IMG/VR virus record: IMGVR_UViG_3300037782_000160
Coordinates: 1 to 45,356 of that record
Length of the DNA: 45,356 nt
Strand: one strand, 5' to 3'
Source: a virus
Taxonomy: Duplodnaviria > Caudoviricetes
Position 1 is the first letter of the stretch, and every line of letters begins with the position of its first letter. The notes under the pieces were generated by a model that was given only the letters and a program-made list of their open reading frames with translations, had not been told where the DNA came from and did not search any database. This document shows positions 24,961 to 34,871 of this stretch, in pieces. The position numbers and the translations under genes were made by a program.

Positions 24961-25923
24961 ATGGTTCATACCATTGTCGAATATGCGCGAACGGTTGAAG
25001 ACCCGATGGCGCGCACGATCATCGAACTCTTCCCGGAAGCGGTCGATTTCTACGGGATCCTTCCCTTTAAGCCCGCGCCCGGCGGAGCATATCGCTATCA
25101 TCGCGAAGGCGCGTTGCCGAACAACATCGGCTTCCGCGGGATCAACGAAGAACCCCAAGAAGGCCACGCTGTCTTTAACGATCTCGTTGAGACCTGCTTC
25201 CCGATCGCTGGTAACATCGACGTCGACCGCGTTCTGCTGAATCGTTATGGACCCGAGCGCCGCGCTCGTGAGCAGATCATGGCAATCAAGCGCAAGATGA
25301 AGGTCTGGGCCGATACCTTCATCAAAGGCGACAGTCAGTCATCTCCGACCGAATTTACGGGTCTACAGAACCGGCTGCAAATCGTCGGCGGCGACGTCAG
25401 TGCGTCGAACTATGACTCTCGCGTTGTGGCCAACAGTGTTGCCGCTGGCGGTGGTGCCCTTTCTCTCCAAAAGCTGGATCTCGCAATCCACCACACGGAA
25501 AACCCGACTGCGATCATTATGCCGCGCAAGATCAAGAGCCGTTTCCCGGCCGCGCAGCGAGACACGCAGATTGGGGGCTTCATCACCTTCGATAAGGATG
25601 AGATGGGCCGCCCTGTGACCCGCTATGGTGAATTGCCAGTCTATACCGGCTACGGCATCACTCCGTTTGGCGAGTTCTTGCCCTTCGATGAAGTTCCATA
25701 CGGCGGTGGCGTCGCGAACACCGCGTCGATCTACATCGTCAGCTTCACCGATGGGGGTGTCTGCGGGATCGAGACACTGCCAATGGAAGTCACCGATATC
25801 GGTTTGACCGAAACGGGTGTCTGGCACCGGACCAATGTCGAGCATGACAATGGCCTGGTGGTTGAAGGCGCCTATGCCGCAACCCGAATGACCTCCATCA
25901 CCGACGCACCGATCGTCAAATAA
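24961..25923 (+). CDS. Major capsid protein
   Basis: LPF...LPNNIGFRGINE...FIKGD...EFTGL pattern of BPP-1-like capsids. Confidence 0.88.
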   Translation: MVHTIVEYARTVEDPMARTIIELFPEAVDFYGILPFKPAPGGAYRYHREGALPNNIGFRGINEEPQEGHAVFNDLVETCFPIAGNIDVDRVLLNRYGPERRAREQIMAIKRKMKVWADTFIKGDSQSSPTEFTGLQNRLQIVGGDVSASNYDSRVVANSVAAGGGALSLQKLDLAIHHTENPTAIIMPRKIKSRFPAAQRDTQIGGFITFDKDEMGRPVTRYGELPVYTGYGITPFGEFLPFDEVPYGGGVANTASIYIVSFTDGGVCGIETLPMEVTDIGLTETGVWHRTNVEHDNGLVVEGAYAATRMTSITDAPIVK

Positions 25924-25933
25924 GGAGCCCAAA

Positions 25934-26365
25934 ATGCCTGTTCAAAAAGGATATCCCTTCGACAAGGAGCTTTCGTATCGCGCGAAAGGCTCCGCGGCGG
26001 TGGCGGCCTCCGGCTACGTTGGTACGCAAAAGGACCAAGGCGGTGCAGTCCTCACCGAAATGGTGCTGGTGCTCAACATCGAAGCGATCGATGTTGCCAA
26101 TGGCGATGAGGCGTACACGTTCCGCGTGGTTGGCTCGCAAACCCCCGATCGATCTGATGCGCGGGTGTTGGCCGAATATACGGTTGGTGATGCGGCCGCA
26201 AAGCCGATAGACACCGCCGATGATATGGCCGGCGAGCAGCACGTGATCCAGTTCAATACGCAGCGCGCGGGATACAACCAGCGCTATCTGGATCTGCGCC
26301 TCGACGTGGCTGGCACGACGCCATCGATCACGTTCTCAGCGTTCCTCAGCAAGAAGATGGGGTGA
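25934..26365 (+). CDS. Capsid cement/decoration protein (Bbp16-like)
   Basis: Beta-rich 143 aa after MCP; QRYLDLRLDVAGT motif. Confidence 0.65.
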   Translation: MPVQKGYPFDKELSYRAKGSAAVAASGYVGTQKDQGGAVLTEMVLVLNIEAIDVANGDEAYTFRVVGSQTPDRSDARVLAEYTVGDAAAKPIDTADDMAGEQHVIQFNTQRAGYNQRYLDLRLDVAGTTPSITFSAFLSKKMG

Positions 26366-26369
26366 GCAC

Positions 26370-26765
26370 ATGCCGTTGATGGTCGAACTCAAACCGAACC
26401 CCGCCTATAAGGTGCCTTCCGACGCATCCGCCGCCGACAAGAAGCGATTGGCAGCGGCGTGGAGCCAGATCAAGGCTGAGAAGCCGAAGACCGTGACCGC
26501 CGCGACCGCGAAAGAGGCCGTCATTAACTCCGGCGGGATGTATACCTTCGTTGAGCCAGATGAGCCCGAAACATCGCCGGTCACTGGCGTCTCGTTGGAA
26601 AACATGCCGCTGGAAGACCTCAAGGTGCTCATGTTGCAGCTTGGCGTGAAGACCGAGAAGCAGATGACGCGCAGCCAGGTTATTCAAACCGTTCGCTCGC
26701 GGCTCGATCAGGTGAATGTCGTTGAAGACGATGAACTGATCGAAGAGGACTCAGCGCAGTCCTAA
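26370..26765 (+). CDS. Hypothetical head-operon protein
   Basis: Operon position; C-terminal HeH-like helices. Confidence 0.65.
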   Translation: MPLMVELKPNPAYKVPSDASAADKKRLAAAWSQIKAEKPKTVTAATAKEAVINSGGMYTFVEPDEPETSPVTGVSLENMPLEDLKVLMLQLGVKTEKQMTRSQVIQTVRSRLDQVNVVEDDELIEEDSAQS

Positions 26766-26789
26766 CGGCGGTAGGGCAGTGATGAGAGG

Positions 26790-26816
26790 GGGGTGGGCTT
26801 CGGCTCACCCCTTTTT
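26790..26816 (+). terminator. Intrinsic terminator after head genes
   Basis: GGGGTGGGC-TTCG-GCTCACCCC-TTTTT. Confidence 0.9.
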
Positions 26817-26818
26817 CT

Positions 26819-26858
26819 GTGCATTCGCATCGTTTTGCGCCGGTGACACACTCCGCGC
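26819..26858 (+). promoter_or_regulatory. Putative late promoter (GTGCAT box + TGnCACACT), leaderless tail gene
   Basis: Immediately after terminator; GTGCAT 40 nt before ATG 26859. Confidence 0.65.
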
Positions 26859-27461
26859 ATGGCTACGAATTTCACCAGATTGACCATCATCAACGCGGCG
26901 CTTCTTTCGCAGGGGCAAACAGAGTTGCAAGCCGAAGATGATGGCTCGCTCGAATGGCGCACGCTGGCCGCAAATTGGGCAAACCTCGTGGAGTCCGAGT
27001 TGGAAGACGCCGCGATGGCACATTCCTTTGTCGAGGAAGAACTGCCGGCGCGCGCAGGCGATGGATCCTTTGGGTTTTCTGATCGGTATCTGACACCCTC
27101 GGCCGCGCTCCATGTTCGCGATGTGTGGACGGAGGACGCTTCGGGCGAGAGAACTCGGATAGATTGGTATCAGGGCCGCGACGCCATCCACGTGAATAGC
27201 GCAAACGGTATCTGGTGCGAGTATGTCGATTGCAGCGAAACCACAGACTTTCCTCCGCTCTTCGTCCGCGGGGTGCAGCAATCTCTCGAGGCAATCATTC
27301 TTCGCGCGCTCAAAGAGGAATATGGCAACGCTGACAAAATGGATGCGCGGGCACAATCGCACTTTCAGCGCGCGCGCACATCATCGTCCAATCAAAAGTC
27401 TAAAAGACGGTTCTACTCAAACGAGTCTCGCTTTGTAAGAGCGAGGTTCCGCCGTGGTTAA
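26859..27461 (+). CDS. Tail tubular protein A (adaptor, T7 gp11-like)
   Basis: LTIINAALLSQGQ, HSF, FPPLFV motifs; 200 aa. Confidence 0.8.
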   Translation: MATNFTRLTIINAALLSQGQTELQAEDDGSLEWRTLAANWANLVESELEDAAMAHSFVEEELPARAGDGSFGFSDRYLTPSAALHVRDVWTEDASGERTRIDWYQGRDAIHVNSANGIWCEYVDCSETTDFPPLFVRGVQQSLEAIILRALKEEYGNADKMDARAQSHFQRARTSSSNQKSKRRFYSNESRFVRARFRRG

Positions 27462-29625
27462 GCAAACCGTCACGCAGCGCGATTTCTCGTATGGCGCCGC
27501 GCTCCCAGAGATCATCGAAGGTGATGATTTGGAGCTGCGCTCCCAGAGCCTCCGCGACGCCAAGAACCTCCGCATCACGTCTGGCCGCACCGCGCGGCAA
27601 CGGATGGGAACCATAAATCTGCGGGCATATCGGACAGGGACAGAACAGACCTTCGAGATGAGGCCGCCGAACGCAGCCCGGTTTGGGGTCATCGTCGGAG
27701 ACGATTATCTGTTGATCATCAACGAAAACTACGAAGATGTGACGTCCTTCGACCAGGTGCCTTGGTCCTCCGCGGGAGAGGTCTGGGCCGCTGATTTTGG
27801 CGACTTCCTGGTGCTTGGGCCGAAGTTCTACGCCCTCGAATACAAGGAGGGGGAGTGGACCTTCGGCGAAATGGTCTTTGCGGATGCGGCGCGCGGCGGT
27901 CTTGCACTGCCGTTCTGGGCATTTGATCCCGGAACAACCATCCAGCCCTCGGCCCTGACAGGCGCCGTAACGGTGACGGCATCCAGCCCGATCTTTTCAG
28001 CGAACTACGAGGGCATTCGCCTGCGTTACGCTGAGCGCCAAATGATTGTTACCCGATACATCAATCCGACAACCGTCGAGGCTGATGTTGTCGATGAGTT
28101 GCCGCCGACTTTTCGGATCACGCTACCTGATGTTGACGGCTTTCTTGTCGGTCAGGTGGTCAATTCGACCGAACGCAATTGGAGCGGGATCGTCGTGGAT
28201 ATCGATGGTGTGGATCTGATTTGCGTTACGATCCGCGAGTTTGATGGTCCGCTGACGAGTGAGGAGATATCGAACCCGAACTATTCGCGCTCCCCAACAG
28301 CGGTGGTCAAACTGACGGAGCCTCGTGCGACCACGATTTGGGACGAGCAATTGTTCTCCGACGCGCGCGGCTGGCCGAGATCCGGCACATCGGTGAATGG
28401 CCGCCTCGCGCTTTGCGACTTTCCGGCGATTCCGAACCTGATCGCGATCTCTTCGTCCCGCGCGTTCAACGATTTCCTGGTGGGCCTTGAAGATGATGAT
28501 GCGATTGTGCGCCAAGCCGGGAACAACAACCCACGCTTCCTGCATATCGTCGCGGCCGTGGACTTGCTCCTGCTGAGCGATCGGGGCTGCTATTACGTCA
28601 AGACGCGCGATGGCGAGGTGCTGAGCCCGGCGAACTTCCAAGCAGTGCAGTTTGATCAGCGCGGGTGCAACGAGGTGAAACCGGCGATGGTCGACTCCGG
28701 TGTCGTCTTTGTCGAGAAGGCCGGCAATGCCATCTCCGCCTGTTTTTTGAGCGGCAATGTCTATCTGAACTGGACGGTTGTGAACATCTCGCAATATCAC
28801 CACCAGCTTTTTAGCGCGTCAGTTGGTATCTGTGGATCGGTTGAAGCCACTGATCTCTCTGAAAAATACCTCTTGGTTCTGGAAGGCGATGGCAGCGTGG
28901 TTGCGATGTCGTGGAACACCGACCTGGATCAGGAGCGGGCCGGTTTCATCCCGTGGCTCTTTGATGGCAGTGCGAAAGCGGTGTTCCCTCTGTTTGACGC
29001 CTATCACATGAAAATTGAGAGGGCGCCTGGTCAGATCCAGATGGAGCGCTTCGATCCTTCCGCCTTCATGGATAGCACAGTGATCACCAGCGGAGAGATC
29101 AATGGTCAGACACTTCAAACCGACGCGGGGCAGGAAATCACGACTGATGGTGGTGTGGCGCTGTTTGTCCAGGATCCAAAGGGCGCGCATCTGGCCGGGA
29201 TGACCGTCAAAATCTGGCGTGATCTCGAAACGATTACGACCCGAGAACTGGATCAAGTCGGTGAGATGGCAAATCCGCCAGATGTTGTTGGCGAGTTTCA
29301 CATGGGCCTGGCATTCCGACCGAGCCTAAAACCCTGGCCTCGCGAAGTTCTTGAAAGCCCGCGCCTCGGAATGCTCAAAGCCCGCGTGATCCGGTTCTCC
29401 GTGGGTGTCCGCAATACCGTGGCGTTCTTGGTGCGCCGGAATGAAACCACGACTGCTATCCCTGCCCGAGGCCCGGCAGACAGTCCTGGTTTGGCACCAC
29501 CGCTCAAGAACGATGTCTATCGGTTCAACATCTTCGGCAATCGCGCGCATCCAGATATGGAGATCTTCGCGGAAGAGCCCGGGCCTTTTGAGATCACGAC
29601 AATCACGCAAGAGGTTCAGGCGTAA
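27454..29625 (+). CDS. Tail tubular protein B (nozzle, T7 gp12-like)
   Basis: QRDFSYG N-terminus, FSDARGWP, beta-propeller-like; position. Confidence 0.85.
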   Translation: MVKQTVTQRDFSYGAALPEIIEGDDLELRSQSLRDAKNLRITSGRTARQRMGTINLRAYRTGTEQTFEMRPPNAARFGVIVGDDYLLIINENYEDVTSFDQVPWSSAGEVWAADFGDFLVLGPKFYALEYKEGEWTFGEMVFADAARGGLALPFWAFDPGTTIQPSALTGAVTVTASSPIFSANYEGIRLRYAERQMIVTRYINPTTVEADVVDELPPTFRITLPDVDGFLVGQVVNSTERNWSGIVVDIDGVDLICVTIREFDGPLTSEEISNPNYSRSPTAVVKLTEPRATTIWDEQLFSDARGWPRSGTSVNGRLALCDFPAIPNLIAISSSRAFNDFLVGLEDDDAIVRQAGNNNPRFLHIVAAVDLLLLSDRGCYYVKTRDGEVLSPANFQAVQFDQRGCNEVKPAMVDSGVVFVEKAGNAISACFLSGNVYLNWTVVNISQYHHQLFSASVGICGSVEATDLSEKYLLVLEGDGSVVAMSWNTDLDQERAGFIPWLFDGSAKAVFPLFDAYHMKIERAPGQIQMERFDPSAFMDSTVITSGEINGQTLQTDAGQEITTDGGVALFVQDPKGAHLAGMTVKIWRDLETITTRELDQVGEMANPPDVVGEFHMGLAFRPSLKPWPREVLESPRLGMLKARVIRFSVGVRNTVAFLVRRNETTTAIPARGPADSPGLAPPLKNDVYRFNIFGNRAHPDMEIFAEEPGPFEITTITQEVQA

Positions 29626-30047
29626 TGGGGTTTGATCCGATAACAATGGGGCTTGCTGCCCAGGTTGCCGGGCCGGTCTTTGGTGGTGCGGCCGAGATGA
29701 GCCGGGCCCGGGGTATCCGCGAGCAGGAGAAGGTCAACGCGGAGATTGGCCGGATACGCGCCGATCAGACGGATACCAGCGCGCGCACCGGTCTCGAGAG
29801 CGAGTTAGCTGAGTATCGCGCCGTGCTTTCCGCTAATGATGCACCTGCCAGCGTCGCGACCCTTGGCCTCCTGAACACCGTGCGTGACCGTCGCGAACGC
29901 GATCGACGGATCACTGTGGGCAACCGGCGGCAAGAGTCTCGCGATGCAACGAGACGCGCAGAGGCCAAGCGCCCTGGATTGGCCCTAACCTCTGGGGTGT
30001 TGAGGGGAATGCCGTCGCTCTTTGAACTGTATGGGGAGCTTCGCTGA
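29625..30047 (+). CDS. Small internal virion (ejection) protein
   Basis: MGFDPITMGLAA N-terminus; position. Confidence 0.65.
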   Translation: MGFDPITMGLAAQVAGPVFGGAAEMSRARGIREQEKVNAEIGRIRADQTDTSARTGLESELAEYRAVLSANDAPASVATLGLLNTVRDRRERDRRITVGNRRQESRDATRRAEAKRPGLALTSGVLRGMPSLFELYGELR

Positions 30048-32815
30048 TGGCACGGCTCCGTAAGATTGTGCCTTCGGCGCCTGTGTCCAACTTCCAGCAG
30101 GTTGTGGACCCGGGCCCGGGCGTCTTCGATGCTCTTTCTGAGGCCGCCGATGTCGCTTTCGAGATGTTCGACCCCCTGGCGCGCGAGCAGGCAGAGCGCG
30201 AAGGCTTGGAGGCAGGTTATCGCGATGGAGGGCGCACCAGCGTTACCGTAGAGGGGCAGGGCGGTGGTCCGGGCCGTGGTGTTGGGGCTTCACCGGATAT
30301 CAACGATCCTCGGCGCGGGATCATGCCTACAGGGGCAAACACACTCACGCGAAATGCAAGCGACGCGGCCTTGAGCATGATCCGAGGTTTCGAGGGGTTT
30401 CGCGAGACGCCCTATTGGGACGTGAACGCGCTTCGAGTCGGATACGGATCGGACACAATCACACGCCCAGATGGGTCAGTGGTTTCGGTGACTGATGGGG
30501 TCCGGGTAACTCGCGAGGACGCCGAGCGCGACCTTCTCCGGCGGGTCAACGACGAGTTCTTGCCTTCCGCGCGCGCGGCGATTGGAACCGGTCGGTTTGA
30601 TCAACTAAGCAGCGGGCAACAGGCTGTTCTGGGTTCGCTGGCCTACAACTATGGGGCTGATGCATGGCAGAACGATCTGGCTGGCGTAGCCAACGCTGTG
30701 ATCTCTGGCGATATGGCTGCCGCCGAGACCGCTATTCGTGCTCTTGGCTCCCACAACGATGGCATTAACGATCATCGGCGGGACGCAGAGGCCGATGTTT
30801 TTGCTGGCAATGTGTCGTTGGTAGAACAACCGATGGTTCAGATCCGCACTGAAGCGGGAAACCTCGAGCTGCGCGACCCTGACCTGTTCTCCGGGCGGTA
30901 TGACCGTATCCGCCAGACTGCGGCGGCCGGTGCCTATTCGGCCAATGTGATCATGCAGGCGCAAGATGATCTGGCCACTCTTCGTCGGAGTTTTCCGCTT
31001 AATCCCACCGGCTTTGGTGAGGCCGCGGACGCTTATCTGAGGCAGGCGGTGAACAATGCGCCGGAGCCGTTGAGGTTGCAGCTTGAGCAAGATCTTCGTG
31101 TCGAGGCGCAGAGAACCTATCGCGGGATCGTGGATGCGCGCCACAGAGATACGATGAACCGGGCAAACAACGAATCCCGCGCGCTTGTGGATCGCTACTC
31201 CGAGGAGTTTGTCCGTTCCCTGGCGTCTGGTGATGTGGATGGCGCGGCGGTGGCGCGGGCGCAGTTGGAGTCGACACTTCGGTATCGCGAGAACCTTCCA
31301 GGGATCGCTTGGACACGGGCGCAGAGCGAGAACGTCATCATCTCGGCCCAAGCAGATGCGCGGCAGGAGCGTGAGCGTCTTATCTCAGAGCGGCAGACGG
31401 AGATTGGAGAAACACTCACGAGTATCCGGCAGTCGGCCAACCACGACCGCACGCATGAGGATGAGGCAATTCTTTTCACGCCAGAGGCGCGGGCTCACCC
31501 CGATTACAACCGGACCTTTGCCGCTGTTGATACGCGGAATATGCGCATTCAACTCCATCGAGAGCCGCCGTCGCACTTGGAGGAGATAATCAACCATGAG
31601 CGTGGTGCTGCAATTGGAGAAACCTGGGAAAACGACTATCTTGAGAACTTCGAGGAAATCCAATCCATCCAAAACCGTGGCCTCGCCGAAGATCCAATGG
31701 CCTATTGGGCAGATACGTCCCGCTTTCCGGTGCCTGATCTGTCTGATTTTGATGTGAACAATCCGACGACGATCATTCGAGGGTTGCGCCAAAGGGCAGT
31801 GTTTGCAGAAGCGATGACCGCCGCAGGATGGCCCAACACGAGGCGGATTTTCACGAATGAAGAGCGTGAGCAGCTTTCGGTGATCTTGTCGCCTGATACC
31901 GAACTGCCGGCGCGCACGGCTTTCGCCGGCATGTTGATCGAAGCCCTTGGCCCCAGGGCGGTGCAAGCCGCGACGGAGCTTGGCGCTGACAGTACCACCA
32001 GTGGGTTCGTGGGTTTGGCTGCGCGCACGGGTGATCTGCAAACACTCGAGGTTGGGCTGACCGGTCAGGCGATGCTTCGGGCGGGCCAAGCCCAACGTGC
32101 CGCACCGGCAGATCGGATTCTCTCGAACATCGCGCCGGAAGTTGACGAAGCCCTGCCACCTTCCGGCAATGTCCGGGCGCAGATCTCCGAGATGGCGGAG
32201 GCTTATGCGGCCTATCATGCGGGCACTGGCGTTCCTGACGCGGACCTGATGGCGGAAGGGGCGATGTTCGCCATCGGTTATCGCGAGGCGGATGGCTCCG
32301 GCGGCGTGCAACCCATCGGCGCCCTTGGTGGACGGGATATGTTCCTGCCGCCGGGTGTCCGTCCCGAGGAGGTGTCCGAGGCCCTACAGATTGGTGTTGA
32401 TCGACCTGCCATTGTCGCGATTGCTGACCGCCATTTCGTGATGCCTGTGCCGACAAGCCGCGCAGCACGCCGCGACCGGCAGTCATTTAACCAGATTGCG
32501 CGAACCGGTGATGAGGATGCGATGGCCGCGTGGCTCCATGAGAACGGCTTTGCGTCCTACACAACGCGCGAAGAGGCGGATGCGTCGGTTCCTTCCAACA
32601 TCGTCTGGGGTGAGACGGGGCCGCCCATGATGGCCGGTGAAGTTATTGATGAATCGGTTTTGTCCACCATGCAACTGGCGCCCGTTATGGGGCGCGGTGG
32701 CGTTGTGATGGGCCATTACTATCTGCGCGGCGATGGATGGGACGCCGAAGACGCCGATGGCAATCTGTTCATTGTGAATCTGAATGAGCTGATGGAGCGT
32801 GCCGGTGTTCGTTGA
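30047..32815 (+). CDS. Internal virion protein with GH24 lysozyme domain
   Basis: IRGFEGFRETPYWDVNALRVGYG...SLAYNYG...HRRDAEA. Confidence 0.8.
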   Translation: MARLRKIVPSAPVSNFQQVVDPGPGVFDALSEAADVAFEMFDPLAREQAEREGLEAGYRDGGRTSVTVEGQGGGPGRGVGASPDINDPRRGIMPTGANTLTRNASDAALSMIRGFEGFRETPYWDVNALRVGYGSDTITRPDGSVVSVTDGVRVTREDAERDLLRRVNDEFLPSARAAIGTGRFDQLSSGQQAVLGSLAYNYGADAWQNDLAGVANAVISGDMAAAETAIRALGSHNDGINDHRRDAEADVFAGNVSLVEQPMVQIRTEAGNLELRDPDLFSGRYDRIRQTAAAGAYSANVIMQAQDDLATLRRSFPLNPTGFGEAADAYLRQAVNNAPEPLRLQLEQDLRVEAQRTYRGIVDARHRDTMNRANNESRALVDRYSEEFVRSLASGDVDGAAVARAQLESTLRYRENLPGIAWTRAQSENVIISAQADARQERERLISERQTEIGETLTSIRQSANHDRTHEDEAILFTPEARAHPDYNRTFAAVDTRNMRIQLHREPPSHLEEIINHERGAAIGETWENDYLENFEEIQSIQNRGLAEDPMAYWADTSRFPVPDLSDFDVNNPTTIIRGLRQRAVFAEAMTAAGWPNTRRIFTNEEREQLSVILSPDTELPARTAFAGMLIEALGPRAVQAATELGADSTTSGFVGLAARTGDLQTLEVGLTGQAMLRAGQAQRAAPADRILSNIAPEVDEALPPSGNVRAQISEMAEAYAAYHAGTGVPDADLMAEGAMFAIGYREADGSGGVQPIGALGGRDMFLPPGVRPEEVSEALQIGVDRPAIVAIADRHFVMPVPTSRAARRDRQSFNQIARTGDEDAMAAWLHENGFASYTTREEADASVPSNIVWGETGPPMMAGEVIDESVLSTMQLAPVMGRGGVVMGHYYLRGDGWDAEDADGNLFIVNLNELMERAGVR

Positions 32816-34871
32816 ACCAGATGACGCCGACATCCCACGCCCCCCGGCAAGAAGCGCGCCCCGTGGGTTTGCGTCTCGATGGGAGGTTCTACAGGACTCT
32901 TTCCGGCTCGAGTCCATCGAGACCGATCGGTTCAACATCCGGTCGCGCAGGATCGCCGCAGAGTATGATGAAATCTGGGGTGCGGTTCGGGAAGCGCTAG
33001 GCGAAGAAGGGGCGTTTGAAGCGCTCAATTCTGCCGGCATGGCGACAAACAGGCGTTTTGCTGGCGGGCGACCCGTCAACGGCGGCCTCTTCCAAAGCCG
33101 TGGGCAATATGCGCAGGCCCTTCTTGATGTCGCAGCGACACTGGATAGCTCGCGTTACGGTGCTTTCCCGTCCGACCCCGACGCGCTCGAGGATGAGGTC
33201 AACACCAGTCTTCGCGCCGAATGGGATGATGCAAACGACACCCTCGCGATGGGGCCTTGGGGAAGCGGGGTGGTCGAGTTCTTGGGCCGTGGCGCGGCGG
33301 CGATGACGGACCAAACCAGCCTTGCGCTTATGCCGTTGGGCGGCGCAGGCGGATCAATCGGTCGAATTGTGCTCGCGGAAGCAGCGTTAGGCGCCGTTGG
33401 TGAGGCCGCAGTCTTGCCCAGAATGTTCGAGGTTTCCGAAGAAATTGGCATTCCTGAGCCGCAGCCGGTCCAGCAGATCGCTGCAGGTGCCGTTTTCGGT
33501 GGTCTGTTGGGAGGAGGTGGCGCGGCGCTGATGCGTGGCATCTCCTATGCGCGGCTTCGCAGGCAGATCAATCCACCTGCCGGCGTCTCGCATGGCCTTG
33601 CGCAGACTGCTATTGCGGAAGCAGAACAGGCCCTTGCCTCGGGCCGCGCTGTTGATCCTATTCCGATCCCCGAACCACAAGGCCGCGATACCCAGGTGGA
33701 GGCTGAGTTGGATCTTGCGCTAACCGCGGCAAGAGAAGCGGAACAATCGGCGCGCGAGGAGTTTGGGTTATTGACACGCCCGGCTCTCTCATCGCTTCGC
33801 AGATCGGGTATTCAGCTTCATCCAGAAGGTGAAGCAGCGGCAGAGCTCCGCGCGATGGGCGTGACGTCTCGCACGGCGCCGGGCCTCTACAGCCGACAGA
33901 ACGGCGTGCGCGATATCGACAACATCGTGGCATCTGAGTCGGCACTTCGCGAAGTGGTGCGCACCGGAGATGATGGACTCTATCTGGACCGCCAAGACCT
34001 TCTTGATGCGATCTCGGAAGAGGTTGGTGGGCGGCCCCGTGTTCCGCAGAGGATCCGCGATGCCCAGGCCGCTCAGGTTCAAGCAATGCGGTTTGAACAG
34101 ATGGTTGAGGGTGTCGTTCGCCGGGCGGACGCTCGCACCGCACCAGAAACACCTGACGCGGGATACTTCCCGACCCGGAACGAAGAGGGTTTCGCTGAAA
34201 GCTTTGACCCTATCGCGCGTTCTGATCGTGCCATGTCGGAAGCGGAGCGGTATTCGAGCGACGTGATGCCGATGACCGAAGCGGAGCGGTTCGAGTTCGC
34301 GAAAATCCTTGATGATCGCGGTGGATATCTGGATGATGTGGCGGAGCGGATAGCACTCATGGACCTGGAGGAAGCCGAATATGGCGGAGCTTCAAGAGCT
34401 TTCGATCGAGATGCAGGCGGCGCACAGACGCGCGACCGAGATATCCAGGGATTCAACCGTTCAACAGAGCCAACGGGACGCCGCGGATCGGGCGATCAAG
34501 AAGATCGAAGCGCTCGCACGGAGCAGACACCAGAAGGCGAACAACTCCTTATCGATGGTGTAGATGCGGTTTCGCAAAGGGACCGGCTTGAAGCCCGCCA
34601 GAATGCGCCATTGATCGGTGGCAATCGTGCTGCGGATAACGGCCTGTTCGATACCGGCGCCCGGCTTCAAGACGACATGTTCGAGGATTTAACTTCGCGG
34701 GAAGCGACCGATGCGATGGATCGGATCGAGACGGACCTGCGCCAAGATCTGGAAGATATCGACGCCGGAGAGTTCGACGGGATGAGCGCAAAGCAGATTC
34801 TTCGCGATCTCGAGGCTGACCGAGACCACATGGCTGCCATTGATGCCTGTGGGGCAGGGGGAACGACATGA
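32799..34871 (+). CDS. Internal virion (ejection) protein
   Basis: Ala/Gly-rich hydrophobic segments; operon position. Confidence 0.65.
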   Translation: MPVFVEPDDADIPRPPARSAPRGFASRWEVLQDSFRLESIETDRFNIRSRRIAAEYDEIWGAVREALGEEGAFEALNSAGMATNRRFAGGRPVNGGLFQSRGQYAQALLDVAATLDSSRYGAFPSDPDALEDEVNTSLRAEWDDANDTLAMGPWGSGVVEFLGRGAAAMTDQTSLALMPLGGAGGSIGRIVLAEAALGAVGEAAVLPRMFEVSEEIGIPEPQPVQQIAAGAVFGGLLGGGGAALMRGISYARLRRQINPPAGVSHGLAQTAIAEAEQALASGRAVDPIPIPEPQGRDTQVEAELDLALTAAREAEQSAREEFGLLTRPALSSLRRSGIQLHPEGEAAAELRAMGVTSRTAPGLYSRQNGVRDIDNIVASESALREVVRTGDDGLYLDRQDLLDAISEEVGGRPRVPQRIRDAQAAQVQAMRFEQMVEGVVRRADARTAPETPDAGYFPTRNEEGFAESFDPIARSDRAMSEAERYSSDVMPMTEAERFEFAKILDDRGGYLDDVAERIALMDLEEAEYGGASRAFDRDAGGAQTRDRDIQGFNRSTEPTGRRGSGDQEDRSARTEQTPEGEQLLIDGVDAVSQRDRLEARQNAPLIGGNRAADNGLFDTGARLQDDMFEDLTSREATDAMDRIETDLRQDLEDIDAGEFDGMSAKQILRDLEADRDHMAAIDACGAGGTT